The translations under genes and the position numbers were made by a program. A stretch of DNA of 64,000 nucleotides from Escherichia coli. Its GTDB lineage: Bacteria > Pseudomonadota > Gammaproteobacteria > Enterobacterales > Enterobacteriaceae. Location of the stretch: the NCBI RefSeq assembly GCF_003018235.1, contig NZ_CP027437.1, one strand, 5' to 3'. The notes under the pieces were generated by a model, which saw only the letters and a program-made list of their open reading frames with translations, had not been told where the DNA came from and made no database searches. Within the stretch, counting starts at the first letter, position 1. Each line of letters begins with the position of its first letter. Of the stretch, positions 40,204-54,175 are shown piece after piece.

Positions 40204-40583
40204 TGGCAATATTAGGTTTAGGTACGGATATTGTGGAGATTGCTCGCATAGAAGCGGTGATCGCCCGATCCGGTGAGCGCCTGGCACGCCGCGTATTAAG
40301 CGATAACGAATGGGCAATCTGGAAAACGCACCACCAGCCGGTGCGTTTTCTGGCGAAGCGTTTTGCTGTGAAAGAAGCGGCGGCAAAAGCGTTTGGCACC
40401 GGGATCCGCAATGGTCTGGCGTTTAATCAATTTGAAGTATTCAATGATGAGCTCGGCAAACCACGGCTACGGCTATGGGGTGAGGCATTAAAACTGGCGG
40501 AAAAGCTCGGCGTTGTAAATATGCATGTAACGCTGGCAGATGAACGCCACTATGCTTGTGCCACGGTAATTATTGAAAGTTAA
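40203..40583 (+). CDS. acpS: Holo-[acyl-carrier-protein] synthase
   Basis: 126 aa; TAATG overlap with pdxJ. Confidence 0.95.
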
Positions 40584-40605
40584 AAAAATACCGTTCTCTT
40601 TATAA

Positions 40606-40680
40606 AGTAAAACCCCCGAACTGGTAAGGAACGGGGGTTTTCACTTTACAACTTTAATTTTGTGCAGCACACGATTCCAA
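40606..40680 (-). ncRNA. ohsC: Putative OhsC antisense sRNA (antitoxin of shoB); extent approximate
   Basis: Known K-12 arrangement (divergent from shoB); minus-strand terminator at 40608..40641 and a candidate -10 CATAAT about 40689..40694; boundaries are inferred. Confidence 0.3.
40608..40641. terminator. Bidirectional hairpin terminator (acpS on +; presumed ohsC on -)
   Basis: CCCCCG / CGGGGG stem flanked by an A-run and a T-run. Confidence 0.7.
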
Positions 40681-41004
40681 CAGAAATGATTATGGATCAA
40701 TTTCGTTATCCTGTACAAGCAACTTGCAATCTCTGACATAAAAAACGCGAGCCTTTACGAAGAAATCGACATTGATAAAAAGATTAACGTGACCGCTTTT
40801 TGATAAGTACATTAAAATCGGTTTCGTTATTGGCAATTTTGCTGTGCTTTACACCATGCCACTGAATTCCCCCATTGAAACGAGTGGTGTCGTCAAAGCT
40901 CTGGTGTGGAGTGCAGCACTCGATTCCAATAACTCGCACGTTCAGTTTTGGGGAGATGTAAGGGCTAATCTGAACGGCTGCATTCCTTGTTTAAGGAAAA
41001 ACGA

Positions 41005-41085
41005 ATGACTGATTGCCGATACCTGATTAAACGGGTCATCAAAATCATCATTGCTGTTTTACAGCTGATCCTTCTGTTCTTATAA
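41005..41085 (+). CDS. shoB: ShoB small toxic membrane peptide (type I toxin), 26 aa: MTDCRYLIKRVIKIIIAVLQLILLFL
   Basis: Direct translation matches ShoB as recalled; not in the ORF track because of its size. Confidence 0.85.
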   Translation: MTDCRYLIKRVIKIIIAVLQLILLFL

Positions 41086-41278
41086 CATAAGGAAACGTAC
41101 TTAAGGCGCGTCAGGTTAACCAGCCAGGCGCGCCTTTAATAATTATAAATAAATGTCTGGGCAGATATTATATAAATTCATTTTGTGAATAATTATGCTA
41201 ATGTCATCAATTAAATAAATATAATGGCGTTAAGGCTTTCCTGTAAAATAATTAATACTCTACTTCCAGAGCAGAATA

Positions 41279-41575
<297 letters not shown>

Positions 41576-41594
41576 TTATACGCGCATTCTTTAC

Positions 41595-42443
41595 TCAGAC
41601 CAGTTTTTTCACCAGCGCTTCACTATGACGAATACGTTCTGGTGCCAGTTCCAGATCCTGCTGAATCAGCGCAATGAACAGCAAATCCGTTAACATTCCC
41701 TGCGCGTGACAAGCAGAGATTGAAGCACTGTTTGTCGCTTGTTCTTCGGCAATGGTATACAGGCAATGAGAAGCGCGCTGTTGCAGGGCATTGGGAGTAA
41801 AGCCGGTAATCGCCAGCACTTTTCCGCCCACTCGCAGCATCTCATCTGCCGCCAGGTTTAACTCGCGTCGTACACCGGTGTAAGAAATGGCTAATAACAG
41901 ATCGTCAGGGGACGACGCCTGTACTGTAGCGAGTAGCGCATGCATATCGCGCACTGCGGCAGCATTGAAGCCAATCTTCATCAGCTTCCAGGCAAAGTTT
42001 TGCGCCACCAGACCCGAAGCGCCAATACCGGTCAGAATTATCCGCCGCGCAGAGCGCAACATTGCCACGCACTCATGCAGCTTCTCTTCACTATTAACGT
42101 TTAGCGTTGCGTACATGGCGGCAGTATTTTCTTTAATCAGTTTTTCGCCGACCAGCCGTAACGGATCATCACCGCGGATTTGGTTATGAATGGGCACGGA
42201 GGGAGATTCCGGCTGGCTTGCCAGCGCTTCACTCAACGCCAACTTAAGTGCCGGAAAACCTTTATAGCCGAGTTTTTGTGCGAACTTCACGACGCTGGAC
42301 TGACTGACTCCGGCTTCGTTGGCCAGTTGCTGAGAGCTTAAATGGCGCGCCGTATCAGGTTGTAGCAGCAGATAATCCGCCAGTTTTTTATCACTCTGGG
42401 CAAGCCCCTGGTAACGCTGACGGATACGAAGTAAGCCGTTCAT
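41595..42443 (-). CDS. yfhH: RpiR/MurR-family transcriptional regulator (HTH plus SIS domain) YfhH
   Basis: 282 aa from the internal Met (MNGLLRIRQRY...). Confidence 0.85.
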   Translation of the reverse strand: MNGLLRIRQRYQGLAQSDKKLADYLLLQPDTARHLSSQQLANEAGVSQSSVVKFAQKLGYKGFPALKLALSEALASQPESPSVPIHNQIRGDDPLRLVGEKLIKENTAAMYATLNVNSEEKLHECVAMLRSARRIILTGIGASGLVAQNFAWKLMKIGFNAAAVRDMHALLATVQASSPDDLLLAISYTGVRRELNLAADEMLRVGGKVLAITGFTPNALQQRASHCLYTIAEEQATNSASISACHAQGMLTDLLFIALIQQDLELAPERIRHSEALVKKLV

Positions 42444-42651
42444 ATCTTTCCTCGCGATGAAATAGTGGCGACAACAGGCAATATGAGACACACGCGCGTG
42501 AATTTTATATTCCATTGCTGCTAATTGCCATGAATTAAAAATTCCAGTTAGCCATGATGTGGTCGATTGTTGCCGGAAAAGTAATGATCTATCTGTTAGG
42601 CTATGTAGTAGCGAAAATTAATCAGGATGTTTCAGTCCAGAGGAGTATGGT

Positions 42652-43287
42652 TTGGCAACTCACGAGCGTCGTGTGGTGTTTTTTGACTTAGATGGAACAT
42701 TGCATCAGCAGGATATGTTCGGCAGTTTTTTGCGTTATTTACTGCGTCGCCAACCGCTGAATGCGTTACTTGTCCTGCCGCTGTTGCCGATCATTGCCAT
42801 TGCGTTATTGATAAAAGGTCGTGCGGCACGCTGGCCGATGAGTCTGCTTCTGTGGGGGTGCACTTTTGGTCACAATGAAGCACGTTTACAGACGTTGCAG
42901 GCCGATTTCGTACGCTGGTTTCGTGACAATGTTACCGCCTTTCCGCTGGTGCAGGAGCGTTTAACCACCTACCTGTTAAGTTCCGATGCTGATATCTGGT
43001 TGATTACCGGCTCTCCGCAGCCGCTGGTTGAAGCGGTTTATTTCGATACGCCCTGGCTGCCGCGGATTAATCTTATCGCCAGTCAGATTCAGCGTGGCTA
43101 TGGTGGTTGGGTATTGACGATGCGTTGTCTGGGACATGAAAAGGTCGCGCAACTGGAGCGTAAAATCGGCACGCCACTGCGGTTGTACAGTGGCTATAGC
43201 GACAGTAATCAGGACAACCCGCTGCTTTATTTCTGTCAGCATCGTTGGCGAGTAACCCCGCGCGGTGAACTCCAGCAACTGGAATAG
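42652..43287 (+). CDS. pgpC: Phosphatidylglycerophosphatase C (HAD-like)
   Basis: 211 aa; N-terminal DLDGTL HAD motif. Confidence 0.9.
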   Translation: MATHERRVVFFDLDGTLHQQDMFGSFLRYLLRRQPLNALLVLPLLPIIAIALLIKGRAARWPMSLLLWGCTFGHNEARLQTLQADFVRWFRDNVTAFPLVQERLTTYLLSSDADIWLITGSPQPLVEAVYFDTPWLPRINLIASQIQRGYGGWVLTMRCLGHEKVAQLERKIGTPLRLYSGYSDSNQDNPLLYFCQHRWRVTPRGELQQLE

Positions 43288-43299
43288 AGTAAAGCATAG

Positions 43300-45401
<2,102 letters not shown>

Positions 45402-45566
45402 TTAGTTAATTCTCTGTGTCGTGCGCGTCCCAGCTTGAAAAAACGTAATAATAGTGAAAGGTTTACTCATAAATGAGCGGCATTTTGCGTAAACCTGCGC
45501 CAGTTGGCAACTTATTACAGCCATTGGCGGCACGCGTTGCTAATTCGCGATGGTGATTTTATTTCC

Positions 45567-45582
45567 ACGCAAACGGTTTCGT
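45567..45582 (+). promoter_or_regulatory. PurR operator-like box ACGCAAACGGTTTCGT upstream of purL
   Basis: Close match to the PurR consensus ACGCAAACGTTTGCGT, about 75 nt upstream of the purL start. Confidence 0.6.
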
Positions 45583-45658
45583 CAGCGCATCAGATTCTTT
45601 ATAATGACGCCCGTTTCCCCCCCTTGGGTACACCGAAAGCTTAGAAGACGAGAGACTT

Positions 45659-48600
45659 ATGATGGAAATTCTGCGTGGTTCGCCTGCATTGTCGGCATTC
45701 CGAATCAACAAACTGCTGGCACGTTTTCAGGCTGCCAGGCTCCCGGTTCACACTATTTACGCCGAGTATGTCCATTTTGCTGACCTCAATGCGCCGTTAA
45801 ACGATGATGAGCACGCACAACTTGAACGCCTGCTGAAATATGGCCCGGCACTCGCCAGCCACGCCCCGCAAGGCAAACTCCTGCTGGTGACCCCGCGTCC
45901 TGGCACCATCTCTCCCTGGTCTTCGAAAGCGACCGATATTGCCCATAACTGCGGGCTGCAACAGGTAAACCGTCTTGAGCGCGGCGTGGCTTACTATATA
46001 GAAGCCGGTACGCTGACCAATGAACAATGGCAGCAGGTTACCGCTGAACTGCACGACCGCATGATGGAAACGGTCTTTTTTGCTTTAGATGATGCAGAGC
46101 AGCTGTTTGCACACCATCAACCGACTCCGGTCACCAGCGTTGATTTGCTGGGGCTGGGCCGTCAGGCGCTAATCGACGCTAACCTGCGTCTTGGCCTGGC
46201 ACTGGCGGAAGATGAAATTGACTATTTGCAGGATGCTTTCACAAAGCTTGGTCGTAACCCGAACGACATCGAACTGTATATGTTTGCCCAGGCGAACTCC
46301 GAGCACTGCCGCCACAAAATTTTTAACGCCGACTGGGTTATCGATGGTGAACAGCAGCCGAAATCGCTGTTTAAGATGATCAAAAACACCTTCGAAACTA
46401 CGCCGGATCACGTTCTCTCTGCTTATAAAGATAACGCCGCCGTCATGGAAGGGTCTGAAGTGGGCCGCTACTTTGCTGACCACGAAACGGGCCGCTACGA
46501 TTTCCATCAGGAACCGGCGCATATTCTGATGAAAGTTGAAACCCACAACCACCCGACGGCGATTTCTCCGTGGCCGGGCGCGGCGACCGGTTCCGGCGGT
46601 GAAATCCGCGATGAAGGTGCCACCGGGCGCGGCGCGAAGCCGAAAGCTGGTTTGGTTGGTTTCTCCGTTTCCAACCTGCGAATTCCTGGCTTCGAACAGC
46701 CGTGGGAAGAAGATTTCGGTAAGCCTGAGCGCATTGTCACCGCGCTGGACATCATGACCGAAGGCCCGCTGGGTGGCGCGGCATTTAACAACGAATTTGG
46801 TCGTCCGGCACTGAACGGCTACTTCCGTACTTATGAAGAAAAAGTGAACAGCCACAATGGCGAAGAGCTGCGCGGTTATCACAAACCGATCATGCTGGCG
46901 GGCGGGATCGGCAACATTCGTGCCGATCACGTACAAAAAGGCGAGATCAACGTTGGTGCGAAGCTGGTCGTTCTCGGCGGCCCGGCAATGAACATCGGTC
47001 TTGGCGGCGGCGCGGCGTCTTCCATGGCGTCTGGTCAGTCTGATGCCGACCTCGACTTCGCTTCCGTACAGCGCGACAACCCGGAGATGGAGCGTCGCTG
47101 CCAGGAAGTGATCGACCGTTGCTGGCAGCTTGGTGATGCCAACCCAATCCTGTTTATCCACGACGTTGGCGCAGGCGGTCTTTCTAACGCCATGCCGGAA
47201 CTGGTGAGCGACGGCGGGCGCGGCGGTAAATTCGAACTGCGCGATATCCTGAGCGACGAACCGGGCATGAGCCCGCTGGAAATCTGGTGTAACGAATCCC
47301 AGGAACGCTACGTGCTGGCGGTTGCTGCCGATCAGTTACCGCTGTTTGACGAACTGTGTAAGCGTGAGCGCGCGCCATACGCGGTGATTGGTGAAGCGAC
47401 CGAAGAACTGCATCTTTCTTTGCACGATCGTCATTTTGATAATCAGCCGATCGATCTGCCGCTGGACGTACTGCTTGGTAAAACGCCGAAGATGACCCGC
47501 GAAGTACAAACGCTGAAAGCGAAGGGTGATGCGCTGGTTCGTGAAGGGATTACCATTGCTGACGCGGTGAAACGCGTGCTGCACCTGCCGACCGTGGCGG
47601 AGAAAACTTTCCTGGTGACCATTGGTGACCGCAGCGTAACCGGCATGGTAGCGCGCGATCAGATGGTGGGTCCGTGGCAGGTGCCGGTCGCTAACTGCGC
47701 GGTCACTACCGCCAGCCTTGACAGCTACTATGGTGAAGCGATGGCGATTGGCGAGCGTGCGCCGGTTGCGCTGCTGGATTTCGCCGCCTCTGCCCGTCTG
47801 GCGGTCGGTGAAGCGTTAACCAATATTGCCGCAACACAGATTGGCGATATCAAACGCATTAAACTTTCCGCCAACTGGATGGCGGCGGCAGGCCACCCTG
47901 GTGAAGATGCGGGCCTGTATGAAGCCGTTAAAGCTGTGGGCGAAGAACTTTGTCCGGTGCTGGGCCTGACGATCCCGGTGGGTAAAGACTCTATGTCGAT
48001 GAAAACCCGCTGGCAGGAAGGTAACGAAGAGCGCGAAATGACGTCGCCGCTGTCGCTGGTGATTTCTGCATTTGCCCGTGTGGAAGATGTGCGTCACACC
48101 ATCACGCCGCAGCTTTCTACCGAAGATAACGCATTACTGCTGATTGATCTGGGCAAAGGCAATAACGCGCTGGGCGCAACGGCGCTGGCGCAGGTTTATC
48201 GTCAGCTTGGCGACAAACCGGCAGATGTACGCGACGTTGCCCAACTGAAAGGCTTCTATGACGCGATTCAGGCGCTGGTTGCACAGCGTAAGCTGCTCGC
48301 GTACCACGACCGCTCGGATGGCGGCCTGCTGGTAACGCTGGCGGAAATGGCCTTTGCTGGTCATTGCGGCATTGACGCGGATATCGCCACTCTGGGTGAC
48401 GATCGCCTGGCGGCGTTGTTTAACGAAGAACTGGGTGCGGTGATTCAGGTTCGTGCCGCTGACCGTGAAGCAGTTGAAGCGGTACTGGCACAGCATGGGC
48501 TTGCGGATTGCGTCCATTATGTAGGGCAGGCGGTTTCCGGTGACCGTTTTGTGATTACCGCCAACGGGCAGACTGTATTCAGCGAAAGCCGCACTACGTT

Positions 48601-49546
48601 GCGTGTCTGGTGGGCAGAAACTACCTGGCAGATGCAGCGCCTGCGTGACAACCCGGAGTGTGCCGATCAGGAGCATCAGGCGAAATCAAACGACGCCGAT
48701 CCGGGCCTGAATGTAAAACTGTCGTTCGATATCAACGAAGATGTGGCAGCACCGTATATTGCCACTGGCGCACGTCCGAAAGTTGCTGTGCTGCGTGAGC
48801 AGGGCGTGAACTCGCATGTTGAAATGGCGGCAGCTTTCCACCGTGCAGGCTTCGATGCTATCGACGTGCATATGAGCGACCTGCTGGCTGGACGCACGGG
48901 CCTGGAGGATTTCCACGCCCTGGTAGCGTGCGGTGGTTTCTCCTACGGTGATGTGCTGGGTGCCGGTGAAGGTTGGGCGAAGTCTATCCTGTTCAATGAC
49001 CGTGTACGCGATGAGTTTGCAACCTTCTTCCACCGTCCGCAAACGCTGGCGCTGGGGGTATGTAACGGTTGCCAGATGATGTCTAATCTGCGCGAACTGA
49101 TCCCAGGTAGTGAGTTGTGGCCACGTTTTGTGCGCAATACCTCCGATCGCTTTGAAGCGCGTTTCAGCCTGGTTGAAGTAACCCAAAGCCCGTCTCTGCT
49201 GTTGCAGGGGATGGGGGGCTCGCAAATGCCGATTGCTGTCTCTCATGGTGAAGGGCGCGTGGAAGTGCGTGATGCGGCGCATCTGGCGGCACTGGAAAGC
49301 AAAGGGCTGGTGGCACTGCGCTATGTCGATAACTTCGGTAAAGTCACTGAAACCTACCCGGCTAACCCGAACGGTTCACCGAACGGTATTACGGCGGTTA
49401 CGACTGAAAGTGGTCGAGTCACCATTATGATGCCGCACCCGGAACGTGTTTTCCGTACTGTCAGCAACTCCTGGCATCCGGAAAACTGGGGCGAGGATGG
49501 GCCGTGGATGCGTATTTTCCGCAATGCACGTAAGCAATTGGGATAA
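45659..49546 (+). CDS. purL: Phosphoribosylformylglycinamidine synthase (FGAM synthase, large single-chain type)
   Basis: 1295 aa. Confidence 0.97.
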   Translation: MMEILRGSPALSAFRINKLLARFQAARLPVHTIYAEYVHFADLNAPLNDDEHAQLERLLKYGPALASHAPQGKLLLVTPRPGTISPWSSKATDIAHNCGLQQVNRLERGVAYYIEAGTLTNEQWQQVTAELHDRMMETVFFALDDAEQLFAHHQPTPVTSVDLLGLGRQALIDANLRLGLALAEDEIDYLQDAFTKLGRNPNDIELYMFAQANSEHCRHKIFNADWVIDGEQQPKSLFKMIKNTFETTPDHVLSAYKDNAAVMEGSEVGRYFADHETGRYDFHQEPAHILMKVETHNHPTAISPWPGAATGSGGEIRDEGATGRGAKPKAGLVGFSVSNLRIPGFEQPWEEDFGKPERIVTALDIMTEGPLGGAAFNNEFGRPALNGYFRTYEEKVNSHNGEELRGYHKPIMLAGGIGNIRADHVQKGEINVGAKLVVLGGPAMNIGLGGGAASSMASGQSDADLDFASVQRDNPEMERRCQEVIDRCWQLGDANPILFIHDVGAGGLSNAMPELVSDGGRGGKFELRDILSDEPGMSPLEIWCNESQERYVLAVAADQLPLFDELCKRERAPYAVIGEATEELHLSLHDRHFDNQPIDLPLDVLLGKTPKMTREVQTLKAKGDALVREGITIADAVKRVLHLPTVAEKTFLVTIGDRSVTGMVARDQMVGPWQVPVANCAVTTASLDSYYGEAMAIGERAPVALLDFAASARLAVGEALTNIAATQIGDIKRIKLSANWMAAAGHPGEDAGLYEAVKAVGEELCPVLGLTIPVGKDSMSMKTRWQEGNEEREMTSPLSLVISAFARVEDVRHTITPQLSTEDNALLLIDLGKGNNALGATALAQVYRQLGDKPADVRDVAQLKGFYDAIQALVAQRKLLAYHDRSDGGLLVTLAEMAFAGHCGIDADIATLGDDRLAALFNEELGAVIQVRAADREAVEAVLAQHGLADCVHYVGQAVSGDRFVITANGQTVFSESRTTLRVWWAETTWQMQRLRDNPECADQEHQAKSNDADPGLNVKLSFDINEDVAAPYIATGARPKVAVLREQGVNSHVEMAAAFHRAGFDAIDVHMSDLLAGRTGLEDFHALVACGGFSYGDVLGAGEGWAKSILFNDRVRDEFATFFHRPQTLALGVCNGCQMMSNLRELIPGSELWPRFVRNTSDRFEARFSLVEVTQSPSLLLQGMGGSQMPIAVSHGEGRVEVRDAAHLAALESKGLVALRYVDNFGKVTETYPANPNGSPNGITAVTTESGRVTIMMPHPERVFRTVSNSWHPENWGEDGPWMRIFRNARKQLG

Positions 49547-49630
49547 GCCGTCAACCCATTGGTTTTGCAGCCGCATCCGGCATTAAGCACCAACCGCTAT
49601 TATAAGCTCCCAACTTCGGGAGCTTTTTTG

Positions 49631-49744
49631 TGTCTGTAAATCACGACAATGGTTGGTTTACCGTGTCGCTTTCTGGCGACACTTAACTGATTGATTTTAA
49701 TAGCATCTAATAAGTTTATCTTAAGTTGTCTCTTTTTAGCGACA
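49631..49744 (+). promoter_or_regulatory. Three GlrR (QseF) binding sites TGTC-N10-GACA at 49631..49648, 49664..49681 and 49727..49744, upstream of glmY
   Basis: Three exact TGTC-N10-GACA elements read directly. Confidence 0.7.
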
Positions 49745-49833
49745 CAGTGGCTGATTTACAGCCAAATAGCGAAGAAGCCATAACCCCTTCAAAACAGCGT
49801 ACAATCAGTACGTTATCAAACTATTTTCTTTAT

Positions 49834-49849
49834 TGGCACAGTTACTGCA
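49834..49849 (+). promoter_or_regulatory. Sigma54 (-24/-12) promoter TGGCAC-N5-CTGCA for glmY
   Basis: GG at 49835..49836 and GC at 49847..49848; predicted transcription start about 49861. Confidence 0.7.
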
Positions 49850-49860
49850 TAATAGTAACC

Positions 49861-50050
49861 AGTGGCTCATTCACCGACTTATGTCAGCCCCTTCGGGACG
49901 TGCTACATAAAATTCGAATGACGCACAACAAGGTGCCTGCCGTCCAACTTCTGATATCAGCGTAGCTATATCAACCATCGGGCGAAACGTCGAGTTAGGC
50001 ACCGCCTTATTCCATAACAAAGCCGGGTAATTCCCGGCTTTGTTGTATCT
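49861..50050 (+). ncRNA. glmY: GlmY small RNA (regulator of glmS via GlmZ/RapZ)
   Basis: Starts AGTGGCTCATTCACCGACTTATGTCAGCCCCTTCGGG as recalled for GlmY; ends at the terminator AAAGCCGGGTAATTCCCGGCTTTGTT. Confidence 0.85.
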
Positions 50051-50102
50051 GAACTTCCCCTCGGTTAGCATCAGGCTATTCGCGTCTGACGAGAGTAACA
50101 CC

Positions 50103-51530
50103 TTGAAACGCTGGCCCGTTTTTCCCCGCTCATTACGACAACTGGTAATGCTGGCATTTTTGCTGATTCTGCTGCCCCTGTTGGTGCTGGCATGGCAAGC
50201 CTGGCAAAGCCTGAATGCGCTTAGCGATCAGGCGGCGCTGGTTAACCGCACTACGCTTATTGATGCCCGGCGCAGTGAAGCGATGACCAACGCGGCGCTG
50301 GAGATGGAGCGTAGTTACCGTCAGTATTGCGTGCTGGACGACCCTACGCTTGCGAAGGTTTATCAAAGCCAGCGCAAGCGTTACAGCGAAATGCTCGATG
50401 CCCACGCAGGCGTGCTGCCGGACGATAAACTCTACCAGGCATTACGTCAGGATTTGAACAATCTGGCTCAACTTCAGTGTAACAACAGCGGTCCCGATGC
50501 TGCCGCCGCCGCACGTCTTGAAGCCTTTGCCAGTGCCAATACCGAAATGGTGCAGGCCACGCGCACAGTGGTGTTCTCTCGTGGGCAGCAGCTTCAGCGT
50601 GAAATCGCCGAACGTGGGCAATATTTTGGTTGGCAATCGCTTGTGCTATTTCTGGTGAGTCTGGTGATGGTACTGCTTTTCACGCGGATGATTATCGGTC
50701 CGGTAAAAAATATCGAGAGGATGATCAACCGGTTGGGGGAAGGGCGTTCTCTGGGCAATAGCGTTTCGTTCAGTGGACCGAGTGAGTTACGCTCGGTTGG
50801 GCAACGTATTCTTTGGTTAAGTGAGCGCCTGTCATGGCTGGAATCCCAACGTCATCAATTCTTAAGACATTTATCTCATGAATTAAAAACGCCGCTGGCG
50901 AGTATGCGCGAGGGCACTGAATTACTGGCTGACCAGGTTGTCGGGCCGCTTACGCCAGAGCAAAAAGAGGTGGTGAGCATTCTTGATAGCAGCAGCCGCA
51001 ATTTGCAAAAGTTGATCGAACAACTGCTTGATTACAACCGTAAACAGGCGGACGGTGCGGTGGAACTGGAGAATGTTGAGTTAGCGCCACTGGTGGAAAT
51101 GGTGGTTTCTGCTCATAGCCTGCCCGCACGGGCTAAAATGATGCATACCTACGTCGATCTCAAAGCAACAGCTTGCCTGGCGGAGTCAATGCTGCTGATG
51201 AGCGTACTGGATAATCTTTACTCCAATGCGGTGCACTACGGGGCTGAATCCGGTAACATTTGCCTTCGCAGCAGTTTACATGGCGCGCGGGTTTATATTG
51301 ATGTCATCAATACAGGAACACCCATTCCGCAAGAGGAACGCGCCATGATCTTCGAACCCTTTTTTCAGGGAAGCCACCAGCGAAAAGGGGCGGTGAAGGG
51401 CAGCGGTCTGGGATTAAGCATTGCCAGGGATTGTATTCGCCGTATGCAAGGGGAACTGTATCTGGTCGACGAGAGCGGGCAAGACGTTTGCTTCCGCATT
51501 GAATTGCCGTCGTCGAAAAACACGAAATAA
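50103..51530 (+). CDS. glrK: Sensor histidine kinase GlrK (QseE)
   Basis: 475 aa from the TTG at 50103 (MKRWPVFPRS...), which lies downstream of the glmY terminator; the ORF-track start at 50040 would overlap glmY. Confidence 0.9.
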   Translation: MKRWPVFPRSLRQLVMLAFLLILLPLLVLAWQAWQSLNALSDQAALVNRTTLIDARRSEAMTNAALEMERSYRQYCVLDDPTLAKVYQSQRKRYSEMLDAHAGVLPDDKLYQALRQDLNNLAQLQCNNSGPDAAAAARLEAFASANTEMVQATRTVVFSRGQQLQREIAERGQYFGWQSLVLFLVSLVMVLLFTRMIIGPVKNIERMINRLGEGRSLGNSVSFSGPSELRSVGQRILWLSERLSWLESQRHQFLRHLSHELKTPLASMREGTELLADQVVGPLTPEQKEVVSILDSSSRNLQKLIEQLLDYNRKQADGAVELENVELAPLVEMVVSAHSLPARAKMMHTYVDLKATACLAESMLLMSVLDNLYSNAVHYGAESGNICLRSSLHGARVYIDVINTGTPIPQEERAMIFEPFFQGSHQRKGAVKGSGLGLSIARDCIRRMQGELYLVDESGQDVCFRIELPSSKNTK

Positions 51531-51694
51531 TGCTAACAGCCTATCCCATCAGGCTATTTTATTTGCCAGTTTGGCCCTGGGCAGTGCTCGAAATCCTCAC
51601 GTACGACATGTACGCTCCGGTTTCTCCGCGCTGTCCGTATCCAAACTGCCTGCAACAATTACGCCCACTGGGAAAGGCGCTAAGTCTGGTGAAT

Positions 51695-52408
51695 ATGCGA
51701 CACATTTTTCAACGATTATTGCCCCGACGGCTGTGGCTGGCAGGGCTGCCATGTCTGGCATTGCTGGGTTGCGTGCAGAGTCACAATAAGCCAGCCATTG
51801 ATACGCCAGCAGAAGAAAAAATTCCGGTTTATCAACTGGCTGACTATCTTTCTACTGAATGTAGCGACATCTGGGCGCTGCAAGGTAAATCAACCGAAAC
51901 CAATCCGCTTTACTGGCTGCGGGCGATGGATTGTGCTGATCGTTTAATGCCTGCGCAGTCGCGTCAGCAAGCCCGCCAATATGACGACGGCAGCTGGCAA
52001 AATACCTTTAAACAAGGGATTTTGCTCGCCGACGCCAAAATTACGCCGTATGAGCGCCGCCAGCTGGTCGCGCGCATTGATGCGCTAAGTACCGAGATCC
52101 CGGCACAGGTTCGCCCTCTGTATCAACTCTGGCGCGACAGTCAGGCGCTGCAACTGCAACTGGCGGAAGAGCGCCAACGCTACGGCAAGCTCCAGCAATC
52201 CAGCGACAGCGAGCTGGATACTTTGCGCCAGCAATATCACGTTCTACAGCAGCAACTGGAACTCACCACCCGCAAGCTGGAAAACCTGACTGATATTGAA
52301 CGCCAGCTCTCGACCCGCAAACCGGCTGGAAATTTCTCGCCGGATACGCCACACGAGAGTGAAAAGCCCGCGCCATCCACCGATGAGGTCACTCCTGATG
52401 AGCCATAA
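51695..52408 (+). CDS. qseG: Outer membrane lipoprotein GlrP/QseG
   Basis: 237 aa from MRHIFQRLLP...; lipobox LLGC. Confidence 0.85.
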   Translation: MRHIFQRLLPRRLWLAGLPCLALLGCVQSHNKPAIDTPAEEKIPVYQLADYLSTECSDIWALQGKSTETNPLYWLRAMDCADRLMPAQSRQQARQYDDGSWQNTFKQGILLADAKITPYERRQLVARIDALSTEIPAQVRPLYQLWRDSQALQLQLAEERQRYGKLQQSSDSELDTLRQQYHVLQQQLELTTRKLENLTDIERQLSTRKPAGNFSPDTPHESEKPAPSTDEVTPDEP

Positions 52409-53732
52409 ACCTGCGCATTTATTATTGGTCGATGACGATCCGGGATTGCTGAAACTGCTTGGCCTGCGCCTGACCAGCGAAGGCTACAGCGTGGTCACGG
52501 CGGAAAGTGGTGCTGAAGGATTACGGGTACTGAATCGCGAAAAAGTAGATTTAGTTATCAGCGACCTGCGGATGGATGAAATGGATGGTATGCAGCTGTT
52601 TGCTGAAATCCAGAAAGTGCAGCCGGGAATGCCGGTAATTATTCTTACCGCACATGGTTCTATTCCCGATGCCGTTGCTGCAACACAGCAGGGAGTGTTC
52701 AGTTTCCTCACCAAGCCTGTCGATAAAGATGCGCTATATCAGGCAATTGACGATGCGCTGGAACAATCCGCGCCAGCCACCGATGAACGCTGGCGCGAGG
52801 CGATTGTCACCCGCAGCCCGCTGATGCTGCGTTTGCTGGAACAGGCGCGGCTGGTGGCGCAATCAGACGTTAGCGTTTTGATTAACGGCCAGAGCGGCAC
52901 CGGGAAAGAGATTTTCGCCCAGGCTATCCACAACGCCAGCCCGCGCAACAGCAAGCCATTTATTGCTATTAACTGTGGCGCATTACCCGAGCAATTGCTG
53001 GAGTCGGAGCTATTTGGTCATGCGCGTGGCGCGTTTACTGGCGCTGTCAGCAATCGCGAAGGTTTATTCCAGGCGGCGGAAGGCGGTACGCTATTTCTCG
53101 ATGAGATTGGCGATATGCCCGCACCGTTGCAGGTCAAACTGCTGCGCGTGTTGCAGGAGCGTAAAGTGCGCCCGCTGGGCAGTAACCGCGATATTGATAT
53201 CGACGTGCGGATTATTTCCGCCACTCACCGCGACCTGCCAAAAGCGATGGCGCGCGGGGAATTCCGCGAAGATCTCTATTACCGCCTCAACGTTGTCAGC
53301 CTGAAAATTCCGGCACTGGCGGAGCGCACAGAAGACATTCCGCTACTGGCAAATCACCTGTTGCGCCAGGCGGCAAAGCGACATAAACCGTTTGTCCGCG
53401 CGTTCTCTACCGATGCGATGAAACGCCTGATGACCGCGAGCTGGCCGGGTAATGTGCGCCAGTTGGTCAACGTGATTGAACAGTGCGTGGCGCTGACCTC
53501 ATCTCCGGTGATTAGTGATGCGCTGGTGGAGCAGGCGCTGGAGGGTGAAAATACGGCGCTGCCAACCTTTGTTGAGGCACGTAATCAGTTTGAACTCAAC
53601 TATTTGCGTAAGCTGCTGCAAATCACCAAAGGCAACGTCACCCACGCGGCGAGAACGGCGGGGCGCAACCGGACAGAATTTTATAAACTGCTTTCCCGAC
53701 ACGAGCTGGATGCAAACGATTTCAAGGAATGA
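52398..53732 (+). CDS. glrR: Sigma54-dependent response regulator GlrR (QseF)
   Basis: 444 aa from [14 protein letters not shown]; receiver, AAA+ (GESGTGKE-like, GAFTGA) and HTH domains. Confidence 0.95.
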   Translation: MSHKPAHLLLVDDDPGLLKLLGLRLTSEGYSVVTAESGAEGLRVLNREKVDLVISDLRMDEMDGMQLFAEIQKVQPGMPVIILTAHGSIPDAVAATQQGVFSFLTKPVDKDALYQAIDDALEQSAPATDERWREAIVTRSPLMLRLLEQARLVAQSDVSVLINGQSGTGKEIFAQAIHNASPRNSKPFIAINCGALPEQLLESELFGHARGAFTGAVSNREGLFQAAEGGTLFLDEIGDMPAPLQVKLLRVLQERKVRPLGSNRDIDIDVRIISATHRDLPKAMARGEFREDLYYRLNVVSLKIPALAERTEDIPLLANHLLRQAAKRHKPFVRAFSTDAMKRLMTASWPGNVRQLVNVIEQCVALTSSPVISDALVEQALEGENTALPTFVEARNQFELNYLRKLLQITKGNVTHAARTAGRNRTEFYKLLSRHELDANDFKE

Positions 53733-53756
53733 ATTGGCGTTATGTGTTACGTTTAG

Positions 53757-54131
<375 letters not shown>

Positions 54132-54144
54132 ACCGCGTCAAGGG

Positions 54145-54169
54145 TTGCCGGATGTTTCCATCCGGCAAC
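54145..54169. terminator. Palindromic hairpin between glnB and hmp (REP-like; no clear T-run)
   Basis: GTTGCCGGATG-TTTCC-ATCCGGCAAC. Confidence 0.4.
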
Positions 54170-54175
54170 ATCAAA

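Noticed and set aside
46169-49593. Antisense ORFs within purL (for example 46169..47161 -, 330 aa; 48134..49282 -)
   Set aside because: They are fully contained in the opposite strand of a highly conserved 1295-aa gene, with Arg-rich low-complexity translations; these are shadow ORFs. The same applies to antisense ORFs inside clpB, patZ, srmB, nadB, glyA and yphG.
49726-49965. ORF 49726..49965 (+), 79 aa
   Set aside because: It overlaps the GlrR sites, the sigma54 promoter and the 5' half of glmY; it is non-coding.
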